From an uncultured Actinomycetota bacterium (GTDB lineage Bacteria > Actinomycetota > Actinomycetes > JAFAQI01): DNA of 64,000 nt. Below the pieces are notes generated by a model. That model did no database searches. It was not told the origin of the DNA and saw only the letters and a list, made by a program, of their open reading frames with translations. Position numbers and translations under genes: made by a program. The DNA lies in assembly GCA_963770565.1 (NCBI GenBank), contig CAVYQE010000011.1:388072-452071 (forward strand), read 5' to 3'. Shown piece after piece: positions 8,460-18,036 of the stretch; position 1 is the first letter of the stretch; each line of letters begins with the position of its first letter.

Positions 8460-9841
8460 CGGCCGGGGGCTTCGATGGCCGACCGGTGCCCGATCTCGTG
8501 ACGGCATTGCCCGGCCCGAAGAGCCAGGCGATCCGGGCGCGTGAGCGCGCCGTGCTCTATCGCGGCACCGGTGAGCATCTCGCGCCGGTCGTCATGGCCC
8601 GCAAGTCCGGCTACGTGATCGAGGACGTCGACGGCAACCTGTTGCTCGACATGGCGAGTGCCTCGGCGTCAGTGCCGCTTGGCGCGTCCCCGCCGCGGAT
8701 GGTCGAGGCCGCGTCGGCGGCACTCGCGCGGTTCGGCAACGAAGACACCCATGCGTTCACCAGCGAGTACGTCGCGCCGCTCGCCGAGCGCCTGATCGAG
8801 TTGTCTCCGCCGCGCTGCACCCGGGTCGACATCGCGTTGAACGGCACGGAGGCGATCGAGATCGCGGTGCGGCTGATGCGCCGTGCGACCGGCCGGCCGA
8901 TCATCATCGGCTTCCTCGGTGGCTATCACGGCGAGTCCTCGACGACCGCGTCGCTCGGTGCCGAGGCCGCGGAGATCAGCCGTGGGGTCCGGGGTCTCGT
9001 ACCCGGCTTCGTGCATGTCCCGTATCCCAACCCGTATCGCAACCCCTTCGGCGCACCGCGGCCGGGCGGCTGCGGTGACGCGACCATCGACTATCTGCGC
9101 GACTTTCTGCTGTTCCACGCCATCGACCCGGCCGACGTCGCGGGCGTCATCATCGAGCCGGTGCTCGGATCGGGCGGGGTCGTGGTGCCGCCTCCGACGT
9201 TCTTCCCGGCGTTGGCGCAGTTGTGCGACGAGCACGAATGGCTGCTGTGCGCCGACGAGGTCAAGAGCGGCTGCGGGCGCACCGGCACCTTCCTCGCGGT
9301 CGAGCGGCTCGGAGCCGACCCGGACCTGATCTGCCTCGGCAAGGGCCTGGGTGGGGGAGTCATGCCGATCGGCGCGGTGCTCGGCTCCGAGCGCGTGCTC
9401 GGCGAGTTCGACGACGTCTCGACCGGGAGCACGTGGGCCTGGCTGCCGGCCAGCTGCGCGGTCGCACTGGTGATGCTCGAGGAGATCACCAATCCCGGTG
9501 TGCTCGAGCACGTCAGGGCGATCGAGGCCAGGTCGCAAGAGGTCTTCGGCCGGTTGCTCGACCGGTTCGACGCAGTCGGCGACGTACGGTCCGTCGGAGC
9601 ACTGACCGCGGTGGAGTTCGTCACGGATCGGGACAGCAAGCAGCGCGACACACAGCTTCAGGATCGAGTCGCGCAGGAGATGTTCAACCGCGGCCTGGTC
9701 GCGGACTCGAGCACGACGTCGCTGAACATCCAACCGTCGTTGATCACACCGCTGGAGGTGATCGACCAGGCGGCGGACATCGTCGCTGACTCGATCCGAG
9801 CGGCGATGGCCCAACCGAGATCCGGGGATGCCGAGCGCTAG
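8456..9841 (+). CDS. class-III aminotransferase (paralog of 19464..20891)
   Basis: ATG 8456 overlaps upstream stop; motifs IIEPVLGSGGVVVPP, DEVKSGCGRTG, LGKGLGGG. Confidence 0.85.
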   Translation: MTAGGFDGRPVPDLVTALPGPKSQAIRARERAVLYRGTGEHLAPVVMARKSGYVIEDVDGNLLLDMASASASVPLGASPPRMVEAASAALARFGNEDTHAFTSEYVAPLAERLIELSPPRCTRVDIALNGTEAIEIAVRLMRRATGRPIIIGFLGGYHGESSTTASLGAEAAEISRGVRGLVPGFVHVPYPNPYRNPFGAPRPGGCGDATIDYLRDFLLFHAIDPADVAGVIIEPVLGSGGVVVPPPTFFPALAQLCDEHEWLLCADEVKSGCGRTGTFLAVERLGADPDLICLGKGLGGGVMPIGAVLGSERVLGEFDDVSTGSTWAWLPASCAVALVMLEEITNPGVLEHVRAIEARSQEVFGRLLDRFDAVGDVRSVGALTAVEFVTDRDSKQRDTQLQDRVAQEMFNRGLVADSSTTSLNIQPSLITPLEVIDQAADIVADSIRAAMAQPRSGDAER

Positions 9842-9856
9842 GAAGGGAGTCGGCCC

Positions 9857-10822
9857 ATGAACTGGACCGAGTACCTCGTCAAACGGGTGGCGTTCACCAT
9901 CGTGACGATCTTCGTCGCGATCTCGTTGAACTTCCTGCTGTTCCGCGTGCTGCCAGGCACTGCGGTCACCAACCTGGCCCGCATCCCCAACGCCTCGCTC
10001 GCACTCAAGCGGCACCTGCGCGCCGAGTTCGGCCTGAACCTCTCACTGCGCGCGCAGTACTGGGACTACCTCAAGCAGCTCGCGCACGGCAACCTCGGCG
10101 TTTCGTTCGCCAACCAGCAGCCGGTCTCGACGAACCTGAAGAACGCGCTCTACAACACGCTCCCGGTGGTCACGATCGCGACCGTGCTTTCACTGATCGT
10201 GGGCATCGGCACCGGCGTGCTCTCCGCGTGGCGGCGCGGTTCGTTGACCGACCAAATCAGCACCAACACTGCGATCGTGCTCTATGCCTTGCCGACCCAG
10301 TGGATCGCCCTCGTGCTGCTGATCGCCTTCTCGAAGTACCTCCCGACCGCCGGCACGTCCAACCCGTTCGCGGTCGTGTCGCCGCCGTTCTGGCAACACC
10401 TCGATGACGTGCTTGCGCACATGATCCTTCCGGCCATCACGCTGGTCCTCACCCTGTACGGCGGCAATACGCTCATCGTCCGGTCGGCCTTGCTCGAGAC
10501 GCTCGGCGAGGACTACATGCTGACGGCGCGGGCGAAGGGAATCGGGCGCGGCCGAATGATGTGGTCACACGCCCTGCGTAACGCGATGTTGCCGATCACC
10601 ACGCTGGTCACGCTGTCGCTGGGCTCGATCGTCGCCGGCGCGATCCTGATGGAAGTGGTGTTCTCCTGGCCGGGGATCGGCTCCGCGCTCTACCAGGCCG
10701 TTCAGCAACGGGACTACCCGATGCTGCAGGGCGGCTTCCTGATCTTCACGGTCTCGGTGGTGCTGTTCAACCTCATCGCCGATCTTCTGTACTTCCGGCT
10801 CGACCCGAGGATCTCGCAGTGA
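9857..10822 (+). CDS. ABC transporter permease, DppB/OppB family
   Basis: Six hydrophobic segments; typical peptide/opine permease N-terminus. Confidence 0.85.
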   Translation: MNWTEYLVKRVAFTIVTIFVAISLNFLLFRVLPGTAVTNLARIPNASLALKRHLRAEFGLNLSLRAQYWDYLKQLAHGNLGVSFANQQPVSTNLKNALYNTLPVVTIATVLSLIVGIGTGVLSAWRRGSLTDQISTNTAIVLYALPTQWIALVLLIAFSKYLPTAGTSNPFAVVSPPFWQHLDDVLAHMILPAITLVLTLYGGNTLIVRSALLETLGEDYMLTARAKGIGRGRMMWSHALRNAMLPITTLVTLSLGSIVAGAILMEVVFSWPGIGSALYQAVQQRDYPMLQGGFLIFTVSVVLFNLIADLLYFRLDPRISQ

Positions 10823-11781
10823 CGAGCGTCGCGGTTGCCCCCACTCCGGTGGTGCCGCCCCGCCAGTCGAGCCTGCGGCGCGGTTGGCACAGCTTCGTGT
10901 CCCTTCTGCGGCAGCGGCCATCGGCGGCGGTCGGCCTGGGAATCCTGCTGTTCTTCGTGATCATCGCGCTGATCGCACCGTGGATCGCGCCGCACTCGAC
11001 CCAGGCCGCTAGCGGCCCGGTGTACGCCGGCCCATCAGCCCATCACTGGTTCGGCACCGACGACGGCGGCGTCGACGTACTGAGCCTGGTGCTCGTCGGC
11101 GGGCGGGTCTCGCTCGTCGTCGGCGCGGCTGCCACCGGTGTCGCGATGGGTGTCGGCGGGCTGATTGGGATCCTGTCCGGCTACTTCGGTGGCTGGATCG
11201 ACATGTTGCTGATGCGGATCACGGACTACTTCCTCGTCGTACCCGACTTGGTCCTGATGATCGTGGTCGCGACTTTGTGGGGTCCGAGCCTGTCGCACGT
11301 GATCCTGGTGATCGGCCTGCTGCTGTGGACTTCGACCGCCCGCATCGTGCGCGCGGAGGTGAAGAGCGTGCGGGAGCGGGTGTACGTGCGCCGGGCGCGC
11401 ACGATGGGTGCGGGACACCTGACCACCGTCTTCCGGCACGTGCTGCCGCAGATCGCGCCGTTGCTCATCGCGAATACGGTGCTCAGTGTCGCGATCGCGA
11501 TCTTCGACGAGACCTCGCTGGACTTCCTTGGCCTCGGCGACCCCAACGGCACGAGCTGGGGCATCATCCTCGAGCACGCGAACGACCGGACCGCGGTGAG
11601 CTACGGAGCCTGGTGGACGGTCGTCCCGCCGGGCGTGTGCATCGCCGCGGTCATTGTCGGTTGCTACCTGCTCGGCCAGGCCCTCGAGGATGCCCTGAAC
11701 CCGAGGTTGCGGATCTCGCACTTCGCGTTTCGCAGCTGGCGGTTGCGACCACTCGTCGGGCGCGGGAAGGACGCGCTATGA
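10819..11781 (+). CDS. ABC transporter permease, DppC/OppC family
   Basis: ATGA overlap with previous gene; permease topology. Confidence 0.85.
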   Translation: MTSVAVAPTPVVPPRQSSLRRGWHSFVSLLRQRPSAAVGLGILLFFVIIALIAPWIAPHSTQAASGPVYAGPSAHHWFGTDDGGVDVLSLVLVGGRVSLVVGAAATGVAMGVGGLIGILSGYFGGWIDMLLMRITDYFLVVPDLVLMIVVATLWGPSLSHVILVIGLLLWTSTARIVRAEVKSVRERVYVRRARTMGAGHLTTVFRHVLPQIAPLLIANTVLSVAIAIFDETSLDFLGLGDPNGTSWGIILEHANDRTAVSYGAWWTVVPPGVCIAAVIVGCYLLGQALEDALNPRLRISHFAFRSWRLRPLVGRGKDAL

Positions 11782-13817
11782 GCCTGCTCGAGGTGGATGG
11801 GCTGGAGGTCTTCTTCGACCTTCCGGACGGCGAGCTGCACGCGGTGCAGGGCGTCGATCTTCGTCTGGATGCCGGCGAGCGGCTGGCGATCGTGGGGGAG
11901 TCCGGATCCGGCAAGACGACCACCGTGCTCGCACTGATGGGACTGCTCCCGCCGACCGCATCGATCTGTGGCACGGTTCGGCTGAACGGTCGCGACCTGC
12001 TCTCCGGTGGAGAGCGCGGCACCGACGACTGGCGCTGGCGTGACATCGCGACCGTCTTCCAGGGCGCGATGAACGCGCTCAACCCGGTGCGCAGTGTCGG
12101 CTGGCAGATCACCGAGCCGATGCGGGTGCACGACACCGCGACCGGCACCGCGGCCCGGGACCGAACCCGCGAGCTGTTGTCCCTGGTCGGCCTGCCACCC
12201 GCGATCGAGCAGGCATTCCCGCACCAGCTCTCGGGCGGGATGCGGCAGCGGGCCGCGATCGCGATGGCGCTCGCCTGCGAGCCGAAGGTGCTGCTCGCCG
12301 ACGAGCCGACGACGGCACTCGACGTCGTGGTTCAAGCCGGCATCCTCGATCTGCTGGGGCGGCTCAGTGAGGAGCTCGACCTCGCCCTCGTGTTGGTTAC
12401 GCACGACCTCGCGGCCGCGGCGGCTACCTGCGGTCGACTGGCGGTCATGTACGCCGGCCGGCTGGTCGAGTCCGGGCCGGTCAGCTCGATCGCCGGTGCG
12501 CCGGAGCACCCGTACACCCGCCAGCTGTTCGCTGCGATCCCAGACCTCTTCGACCGCCACTCGGTCCACGCGATTCCCGGTGCTCCGCCCCGGCTCGACC
12601 AGCTGATCGAAGGATGTGCGTTCGCGCCTCGGTGCGACGTACGGATCGAGCGCTGCAGTCACGAGCTGCCGCCGCTGGTCCAGATCGGCGAGAGCTGGCA
12701 GGCCGCATGCTTGCTGTCCCGACCCGGTGCGGGTGGTGGTCCGGCCGCCCCGGTTGCGTCGGCGGCGCCCGCCGACGCCCCGCTCGAACGAGCGGATGGA
12801 GTGCTGCAGACGGACGATGTCGCGTTGGCCCTGGACGAGGTCTTCGTCACCTTCCCGCGCCGCCGTCGGATGGTCGACCTGGTCCGCGGCCGCCCGCGCG
12901 CGATCGTGCGAGCGGTCGACGGGTTGTCACTGTCGATCGAGCCGGGGGAGATGGTTGCTCTCGTCGGCGAGTCGGGGTCGGGCAAGACCTCGACCGCGCA
13001 CGCCATCGTCGGCAATGTGTCGACGAGCGGTGGGCACGTAGTGGTATCCGGCGTCGACCTCGGGACCATGGACCGCAAGGCCCGGCGCCGGTTGCGCCAG
13101 CACGTCCAGCTCGTCTACCAGGATCCGTACGAGTCGCTCGACCCGCGGATGCGGGTGCGGTCGATCCTGGATGAGCCGTTGCGGGTTAACCACATCGGAC
13201 GCAACCGCAAGGAGCGGCAGCGGCTCGCTGCCGAGGCGTTGACCCAGGTCGGTATGGATCCGCCGGAGCTCTTTCTCGACCGCTTCCCGCACGAGCTGTC
13301 CGGGGGTCAGCGGCAACGGGTGGCGATCGCAGCCGCGCTCGTGATGAACCCGACCATCCTGGTCGCCGACGAGCCGGTCTCGATGCTCGACGTGTCGGTC
13401 CGGGCCGAGGTGCTGGAGGTGCTCGACGCACTGCGCCGGACGAAGTCGGTCGCGATCATCATGATCACCCACGACCTGTCCACCGCGGCGCACTACGCCG
13501 ACCGGATCGCGGTGATGTATCTCGGCCGGATTGTCGAGCAGGGTCCGGCCACCCAGGTGGTCGCCGCTCCCGGCCATCCTTACACCCGCGCCCTGGTGGC
13601 TGCGGTGCCGGTCGCTCACACGCAGCGGCGACCGACGAGCGTGCTGACGGGCGAGATTCCGGACGCGGCCGCGATCCCCGCCGGCTGCCGTTTCGAGCCG
13701 CGGTGCCCGATCGCCGTGCCTGAGTGCCGCGAGATCGACCCCGCGTTCGTGCTGGTCGGCGCTGCGCACACCGCGGCGTGTATCCGGGCCGAGATCGCGG
13801 CGGGAGTGAGCTCATGA
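11778..13817 (+). CDS. fused double ABC ATPase (DppD-DppF type)
   Basis: Two Walker A sites (GESGSGKT twice), two LSGGQ/LSGGMRQR signatures; ATG 11778 overlaps permease stop; ORF-track start 11277 is a spurious extension. Confidence 0.85.
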   Translation: MSLLEVDGLEVFFDLPDGELHAVQGVDLRLDAGERLAIVGESGSGKTTTVLALMGLLPPTASICGTVRLNGRDLLSGGERGTDDWRWRDIATVFQGAMNALNPVRSVGWQITEPMRVHDTATGTAARDRTRELLSLVGLPPAIEQAFPHQLSGGMRQRAAIAMALACEPKVLLADEPTTALDVVVQAGILDLLGRLSEELDLALVLVTHDLAAAAATCGRLAVMYAGRLVESGPVSSIAGAPEHPYTRQLFAAIPDLFDRHSVHAIPGAPPRLDQLIEGCAFAPRCDVRIERCSHELPPLVQIGESWQAACLLSRPGAGGGPAAPVASAAPADAPLERADGVLQTDDVALALDEVFVTFPRRRRMVDLVRGRPRAIVRAVDGLSLSIEPGEMVALVGESGSGKTSTAHAIVGNVSTSGGHVVVSGVDLGTMDRKARRRLRQHVQLVYQDPYESLDPRMRVRSILDEPLRVNHIGRNRKERQRLAAEALTQVGMDPPELFLDRFPHELSGGQRQRVAIAAALVMNPTILVADEPVSMLDVSVRAEVLEVLDALRRTKSVAIIMITHDLSTAAHYADRIAVMYLGRIVEQGPATQVVAAPGHPYTRALVAAVPVAHTQRRPTSVLTGEIPDAAAIPAGCRFEPRCPIAVPECREIDPAFVLVGAAHTAACIRAEIAAGVSS

Positions 13818-15490
13818 GAGCGCGCCGGCTGGTGATGGCGACGATGCTGGCCGCGGTCGTGCTCACCGGCTGCGATCGCAGCTTCCCGCTGAACGATCCC
13901 GGCGTACCGGGGCCGGGTGGCTTCCTGCGGATCGGCACGATCTCGATCATCAACACGATGAACCCGTGGATCACCGACGACCAGCTCGCGCTGAGCACGC
14001 AGAGCGACATCTATCCGCGGATCCTCCAGTACAACCTCAAGACGCTGGACTTCGAGCCTGACTTCGCGTTGAAGTGGGTGCTGTCGAACCACGGTCGCAC
14101 CTGGACCTTCACCACGCGGGCCGGCGCGGAGTGGTCGGACGGTCAACCGCTGACCGCGCAGGACGTCGCCTGGACGATCGCCACGATGGTCCGGCTGCAC
14201 AAGGGGCCGGCCGCGCTGTGGGCGAGTGCGGTGGCGGGCGTGGTCAGCGCGACCGCACCGAACCCGACAACGGTCGTCGTGACCTACCGCAAGCCAGAAG
14301 GCGATGCGCTGTCGAACCTCGAGCAGATCCCGGTGCTGCCGGAGCACGTGTGGGCGAAGTACGCCGCGGGCAATGGCAAGGCACTTCGCAGCCAGCCGAA
14401 CACACCGTCCGCCGGTCATCCGGTCGTGTCGGGCGGACCGTTCATGTTCGTCAAGTACACCTACAACGAGGCGATCGTCTTCGCCCGCAACCCGCACTAC
14501 TACGGCCCGCCCGCGCACATCGCGGGCTTCGGCGTCGAGCTGTTCTCCAACGACGACGCACTGGTCGCTGCCATGCGGGCCGGCGAGGTCGATGCGGCGA
14601 CTGGTGACCCCAACCTGCCGCCGACCGACGTACGCCCGCTGAAGTCAGGCGGGTTCAAGATCCTGGCCGAGCCGGCGGTTGCCTACAACGACCTCATCAT
14701 CAACACCAACCCGAAGAAGGTCGCTCATCGCGAGCTGCTGAACCCCAATGTCCGCAAGGCTTTTGAGTACGCGATCGACCGCAACACGATTGATCGAGTG
14801 GCCTTCCTCGGCTACGCCCAGCCGGCCCAGTCGATCGTGCCGCCGGCGACGGGCAAGTGGTACGACCCGGCGGTCAAGCCGCTCCCGTACGACTTGTCCA
14901 AGGCCAACGCGCTGCTCGACGCGGCCGGCTACAAGCGGGGACCGGGCGGGATCCGGATCGCCGACGGTCATCAGATGTCTTACACCGTCTACGTCTCGAC
15001 CGACAACGGCGGCGAAGGTGTGCGCAGCGGCGAGATCATGACTACCGACTTCCGCAAGATCGGCGTCAAGCTCACGTTCCGGCTCACCGACGACGACGCG
15101 CTCAACTCGGATATCTTCGCCGACCACTATCGGAAGTACGACATGGCGATGTGGGGCTGGGACACGTTCATCGACCCGACGTACATCCTCAACGTGCTGA
15201 CTTGCTCGCAGTGGTACGACAACAGCGACTCGGGCTACTGCAATCCGACGTACGACAAGCTCTACAAGGAGCAAGGGGCGACGACGAACGTCGTCAAGCG
15301 GCGCCAGCTGGTCTATCGCATGCAGGAGATCCTTGCGAACGCGCGGCCCTACATCATCCTGCAGGACTTGGATGTGCTGGAGGCCTGGAATCCGCGCTGG
15401 ACCGACATCGTCGAGTCACCGGATGGATGGTTCAACCAGTTCTCCTCCGACGGCCAGACCTCGATCCGCCTGGCGCCCGGCGCGGGCTGA
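13814..15490 (+). CDS. ABC substrate-binding lipoprotein, family 5 (DppA/OppA-like)
   Basis: ATG 13814 overlaps ATPase stop; lipoprotein signal MRARRLVMATMLAAVVLTGC; SBP-5 fold. Confidence 0.85.
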   Translation: MRARRLVMATMLAAVVLTGCDRSFPLNDPGVPGPGGFLRIGTISIINTMNPWITDDQLALSTQSDIYPRILQYNLKTLDFEPDFALKWVLSNHGRTWTFTTRAGAEWSDGQPLTAQDVAWTIATMVRLHKGPAALWASAVAGVVSATAPNPTTVVVTYRKPEGDALSNLEQIPVLPEHVWAKYAAGNGKALRSQPNTPSAGHPVVSGGPFMFVKYTYNEAIVFARNPHYYGPPAHIAGFGVELFSNDDALVAAMRAGEVDAATGDPNLPPTDVRPLKSGGFKILAEPAVAYNDLIINTNPKKVAHRELLNPNVRKAFEYAIDRNTIDRVAFLGYAQPAQSIVPPATGKWYDPAVKPLPYDLSKANALLDAAGYKRGPGGIRIADGHQMSYTVYVSTDNGGEGVRSGEIMTTDFRKIGVKLTFRLTDDDALNSDIFADHYRKYDMAMWGWDTFIDPTYILNVLTCSQWYDNSDSGYCNPTYDKLYKEQGATTNVVKRRQLVYRMQEILANARPYIILQDLDVLEAWNPRWTDIVESPDGWFNQFSSDGQTSIRLAPGAG

Positions 15491-15503
15491 GCCGGCCGCA
15501 AAC

Positions 15504-16784
15504 TCAGGACGAGTTGACCATGCCTCGGCCCAGCCAGTCGTTGCGATCACGAACGCCGGGGAGCGCGAAGAAGTAGCCGCCGCCGACCGGGCTGACGTAG
15601 TCGACCATCGGCTCGCCGACCAGGCGGGCCTGGACGGCTTCGAACTGCCGCTTGATGTCTTGCTGAAAGCAGTTGAAGACCAGGCCCAGGTCGAGGTTGC
15701 CGTTGAGGTCGACGCCCCGGTCGTAGTTGTAGCCACGGCGGTAGATCCGGCTCGGCTCGGTGCGGTTGGTGCGCGGGTTGGCCAGTCGGATGTGCGCGTC
15801 GAGCGGAATCACCTTGCCGAGTGGATCGGCGTGGTAGTCGGGGAGGTCGGCTTCGGTGACACCGTCGAGCGGCGCGCCGGTGTCGCGGAACCGGCCGATC
15901 ATCGTCTGCTGCTCGTGCAGTGAGACCCGGTCCCAGAACTCGATGAACATCTTGATGATCCGGCAGACGTGGTAGCTGCCACCGATCGCCCAGGTCGGCT
16001 CGCCGTGACCTTTCTCGACCCAGAGCAGCTGTCTGGAGACGGCCGGTCGATCGATCTCGGGGTTGGCGATGCCGTCTTTGAAACCGAGGTGGTTGCGCGG
16101 TACGCCGGACGGTCGCGACGGCGAGATGAAGCCGTCGATCCGCCAGCGAATCGCCATCCCGCCGCGGGTGTGCTTGGCCAGATCGCGCAGCGCGTGGATC
16201 GCCGTATCGGCGCTGCCCGCGCAGATCTGCGCGATTAGGTCGCCGCCGGTCTGGGCCGGGTCGAGGTTGTCGTTGGGGAACGAGCGCATCGGGGTGAGAT
16301 GGCGCGGTTTCGCCCCGGCCAGGCCGTAGCGGTGGTCGAACAGGGTCGACCCGACCCCGACCGTCATCGTGAGGCCGTCGGCCGGTACGTCGGGTCCGAG
16401 CGTGCCGCTGTCGGCAGGTGGCGCGCCGACTCCGAGGTTGCGCGGCGTGCCGCCGGCGGTGAGGAAGCGGGCCCGGTGGGTGATCGTGTGGAACAGCTCG
16501 ACGAGCTCGTTGCGATGCTCGGCCGTCACGTCGAACGCGGCGAAGCAGGCGGCCGGTGGCGGCGGAGTGCTGATGCCCGCTTGGTGGGCGCCGTGGAACG
16601 GCACCGGCGGCAGGTGCGCGGCCGGATCGCGAATGGTCGGAACCTCAGGTGGTTCGTCAGCCTCGCCGGGGCGCGGATGCGCTCGCGTCGCGGCCTCGGC
16701 CGGCGTGAGTCCCGCCCCCGCGAGCGCCGCACCGGCCGCCACGATCCCGGAGCGCCCGAGGAACTGCCGGCGGTCGATGGTCAT
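15504..16784 (-). CDS. efeB: Tat-secreted Dyp-type peroxidase / deferrochelatase EfeB
   Basis: Twin-arginine signal MTIDRRQFLGRSGIVAAGAALAGA; Dyp peroxidase family sequence. Confidence 0.85.
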   Translation of the reverse strand: MTIDRRQFLGRSGIVAAGAALAGAGLTPAEAATRAHPRPGEADEPPEVPTIRDPAAHLPPVPFHGAHQAGISTPPPPAACFAAFDVTAEHRNELVELFHTITHRARFLTAGGTPRNLGVGAPPADSGTLGPDVPADGLTMTVGVGSTLFDHRYGLAGAKPRHLTPMRSFPNDNLDPAQTGGDLIAQICAGSADTAIHALRDLAKHTRGGMAIRWRIDGFISPSRPSGVPRNHLGFKDGIANPEIDRPAVSRQLLWVEKGHGEPTWAIGGSYHVCRIIKMFIEFWDRVSLHEQQTMIGRFRDTGAPLDGVTEADLPDYHADPLGKVIPLDAHIRLANPRTNRTEPSRIYRRGYNYDRGVDLNGNLDLGLVFNCFQQDIKRQFEAVQARLVGEPMVDYVSPVGGGYFFALPGVRDRNDWLGRGMVNSS

Positions 16785-18001
16785 GACTTTCCGATCGTCA
16801 GCAGGTCGGGCACCGGCGCCAGGATGTTCAGGACGCGGCCGACGGCCGAGTCGACCGCGTCACGACTGCGCCGGGGCAGGTCGGCGACCGCGACCCACGC
16901 GCCGCTCTTCGCTCGGGTCGCGTTCACCGCTGCGGCCAGCCTGGTCAGCGCCTTGCGAGCGTGCGAGACGAGGTGTGACGAGCGCGGCCTGATCAGTTGG
17001 GCCAGCAGGCCCAGCAGCTCGCGGGTGCCCGCAACGTCAGCCCGCACTGACGCCAGGCTGGTGCCGCTGCCGTAGTCGTCCTGCCCGGTGAGGGAGTCGC
17101 GCAGCGCGTCCTCGAGGATCTCGTGGCAACGCAGTGGCAGGCCGCTGACACCTGCGGTGGTCAGCGGGAGCCACTGCGAGATCGGCGGCGTCGTCAGCCG
17201 CGACACGGCGCGGGCGAGAGCTTTGGCATCCGTAGTTGCGGCAGCGATGTCCGCGCGGGTCCACAGGTCGTACTCGACTTTGTGGAAGCCGGTGAACCTC
17301 GGGCTCGACGTGCCGCCGACCAGCCCGGCAGTCGTGCCGTCGATGGTGCGGCCCAGGGTGCCGAATGCGCTGTAGGCACCGTCGTCCTGACCGATCCGAA
17401 GCCAGGTCAGGTGCGCGGTGAGCGATGCCGTCTTCGCGTCGGCGACGTCGTCGCCGGCCAGGTCGGTCTCGAGCGCGTTCGTTTGGCTGGTGAGCAGGGC
17501 GAACTCGTGGCCGACGTAGGCCCGGTAGGACCTCATCGCGGGTGTCAGTTCGCCCCGGGTCACCGGTACGACCGGTGGCCCCGGTCCCCCGTGGTTCGGG
17601 TCGACCGGCACGGTCTGGACGTCGGACACTCGTGACGGCCGGCCGGTCAGGTCGCAGCCCCAGACGTATCGCCGGCCCCGGGCGAGGGTGACCACGAGCT
17701 CGCGCACCGAGTGCGGCTTGAGGTGTTTGACGGTCGCGACGATCGCGTTCGACCGGGGATGGAACAGGTAGATCGTGGCCGAGTACGCCGACCGGTTGGT
17801 GATCGCGAAGTGCGCGCGGCCGGGGTTGGGGGCATACCACCTCGGCGCGCAGGTCGTGGTGGTCACGTAGATCCGCTGGCCGCGAAGGTGGCCGCCGACC
17901 TGACCGGAGGCGGCAGCACCGCCCGCCGCCGGAAGTGACCCGTACGTCAGTGTGGTGGTGGCGATCGTCGCCACCACCACACTGCTCGTTCGATACCGCA
18001 C
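16781..18001 (-). CDS. efeO: iron-uptake component EfeO (cupredoxin + M75 imelysin-like domain)
   Basis: Signal peptide; HxxE motif (HEILEDALRD); overlaps the efeB start by 4 nt. Confidence 0.75.
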   Translation of the reverse strand: MRYRTSSVVVATIATTTLTYGSLPAAGGAAASGQVGGHLRGQRIYVTTTTCAPRWYAPNPGRAHFAITNRSAYSATIYLFHPRSNAIVATVKHLKPHSVRELVVTLARGRRYVWGCDLTGRPSRVSDVQTVPVDPNHGGPGPPVVPVTRGELTPAMRSYRAYVGHEFALLTSQTNALETDLAGDDVADAKTASLTAHLTWLRIGQDDGAYSAFGTLGRTIDGTTAGLVGGTSSPRFTGFHKVEYDLWTRADIAAATTDAKALARAVSRLTTPPISQWLPLTTAGVSGLPLRCHEILEDALRDSLTGQDDYGSGTSLASVRADVAGTRELLGLLAQLIRPRSSHLVSHARKALTRLAAAVNATRAKSGAWVAVADLPRRSRDAVDSAVGRVLNILAPVPDLLTIGKS

Positions 18002-18036
18002 AGTTGGTTACCTCGCGCGAGCCGTCGCTGACATGG

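Noticed and set aside
1005-10015. Long minus-strand ORFs (1005-2282, 2503-3369, 3393-4466, 4436-5686, 5332-6702, 6720-8354, 8669-10015) and similar ones throughout
   Set aside because: Antisense or frame-shifted shadows of clearly identifiable genes in high-GC DNA; Arg/Pro/Gly-rich, no domain signatures.
11277-11777. 5' extension of ORF 11277..13817
   Set aside because: Overlaps the permease gene out of frame; ATPase starts at ATG 11778.
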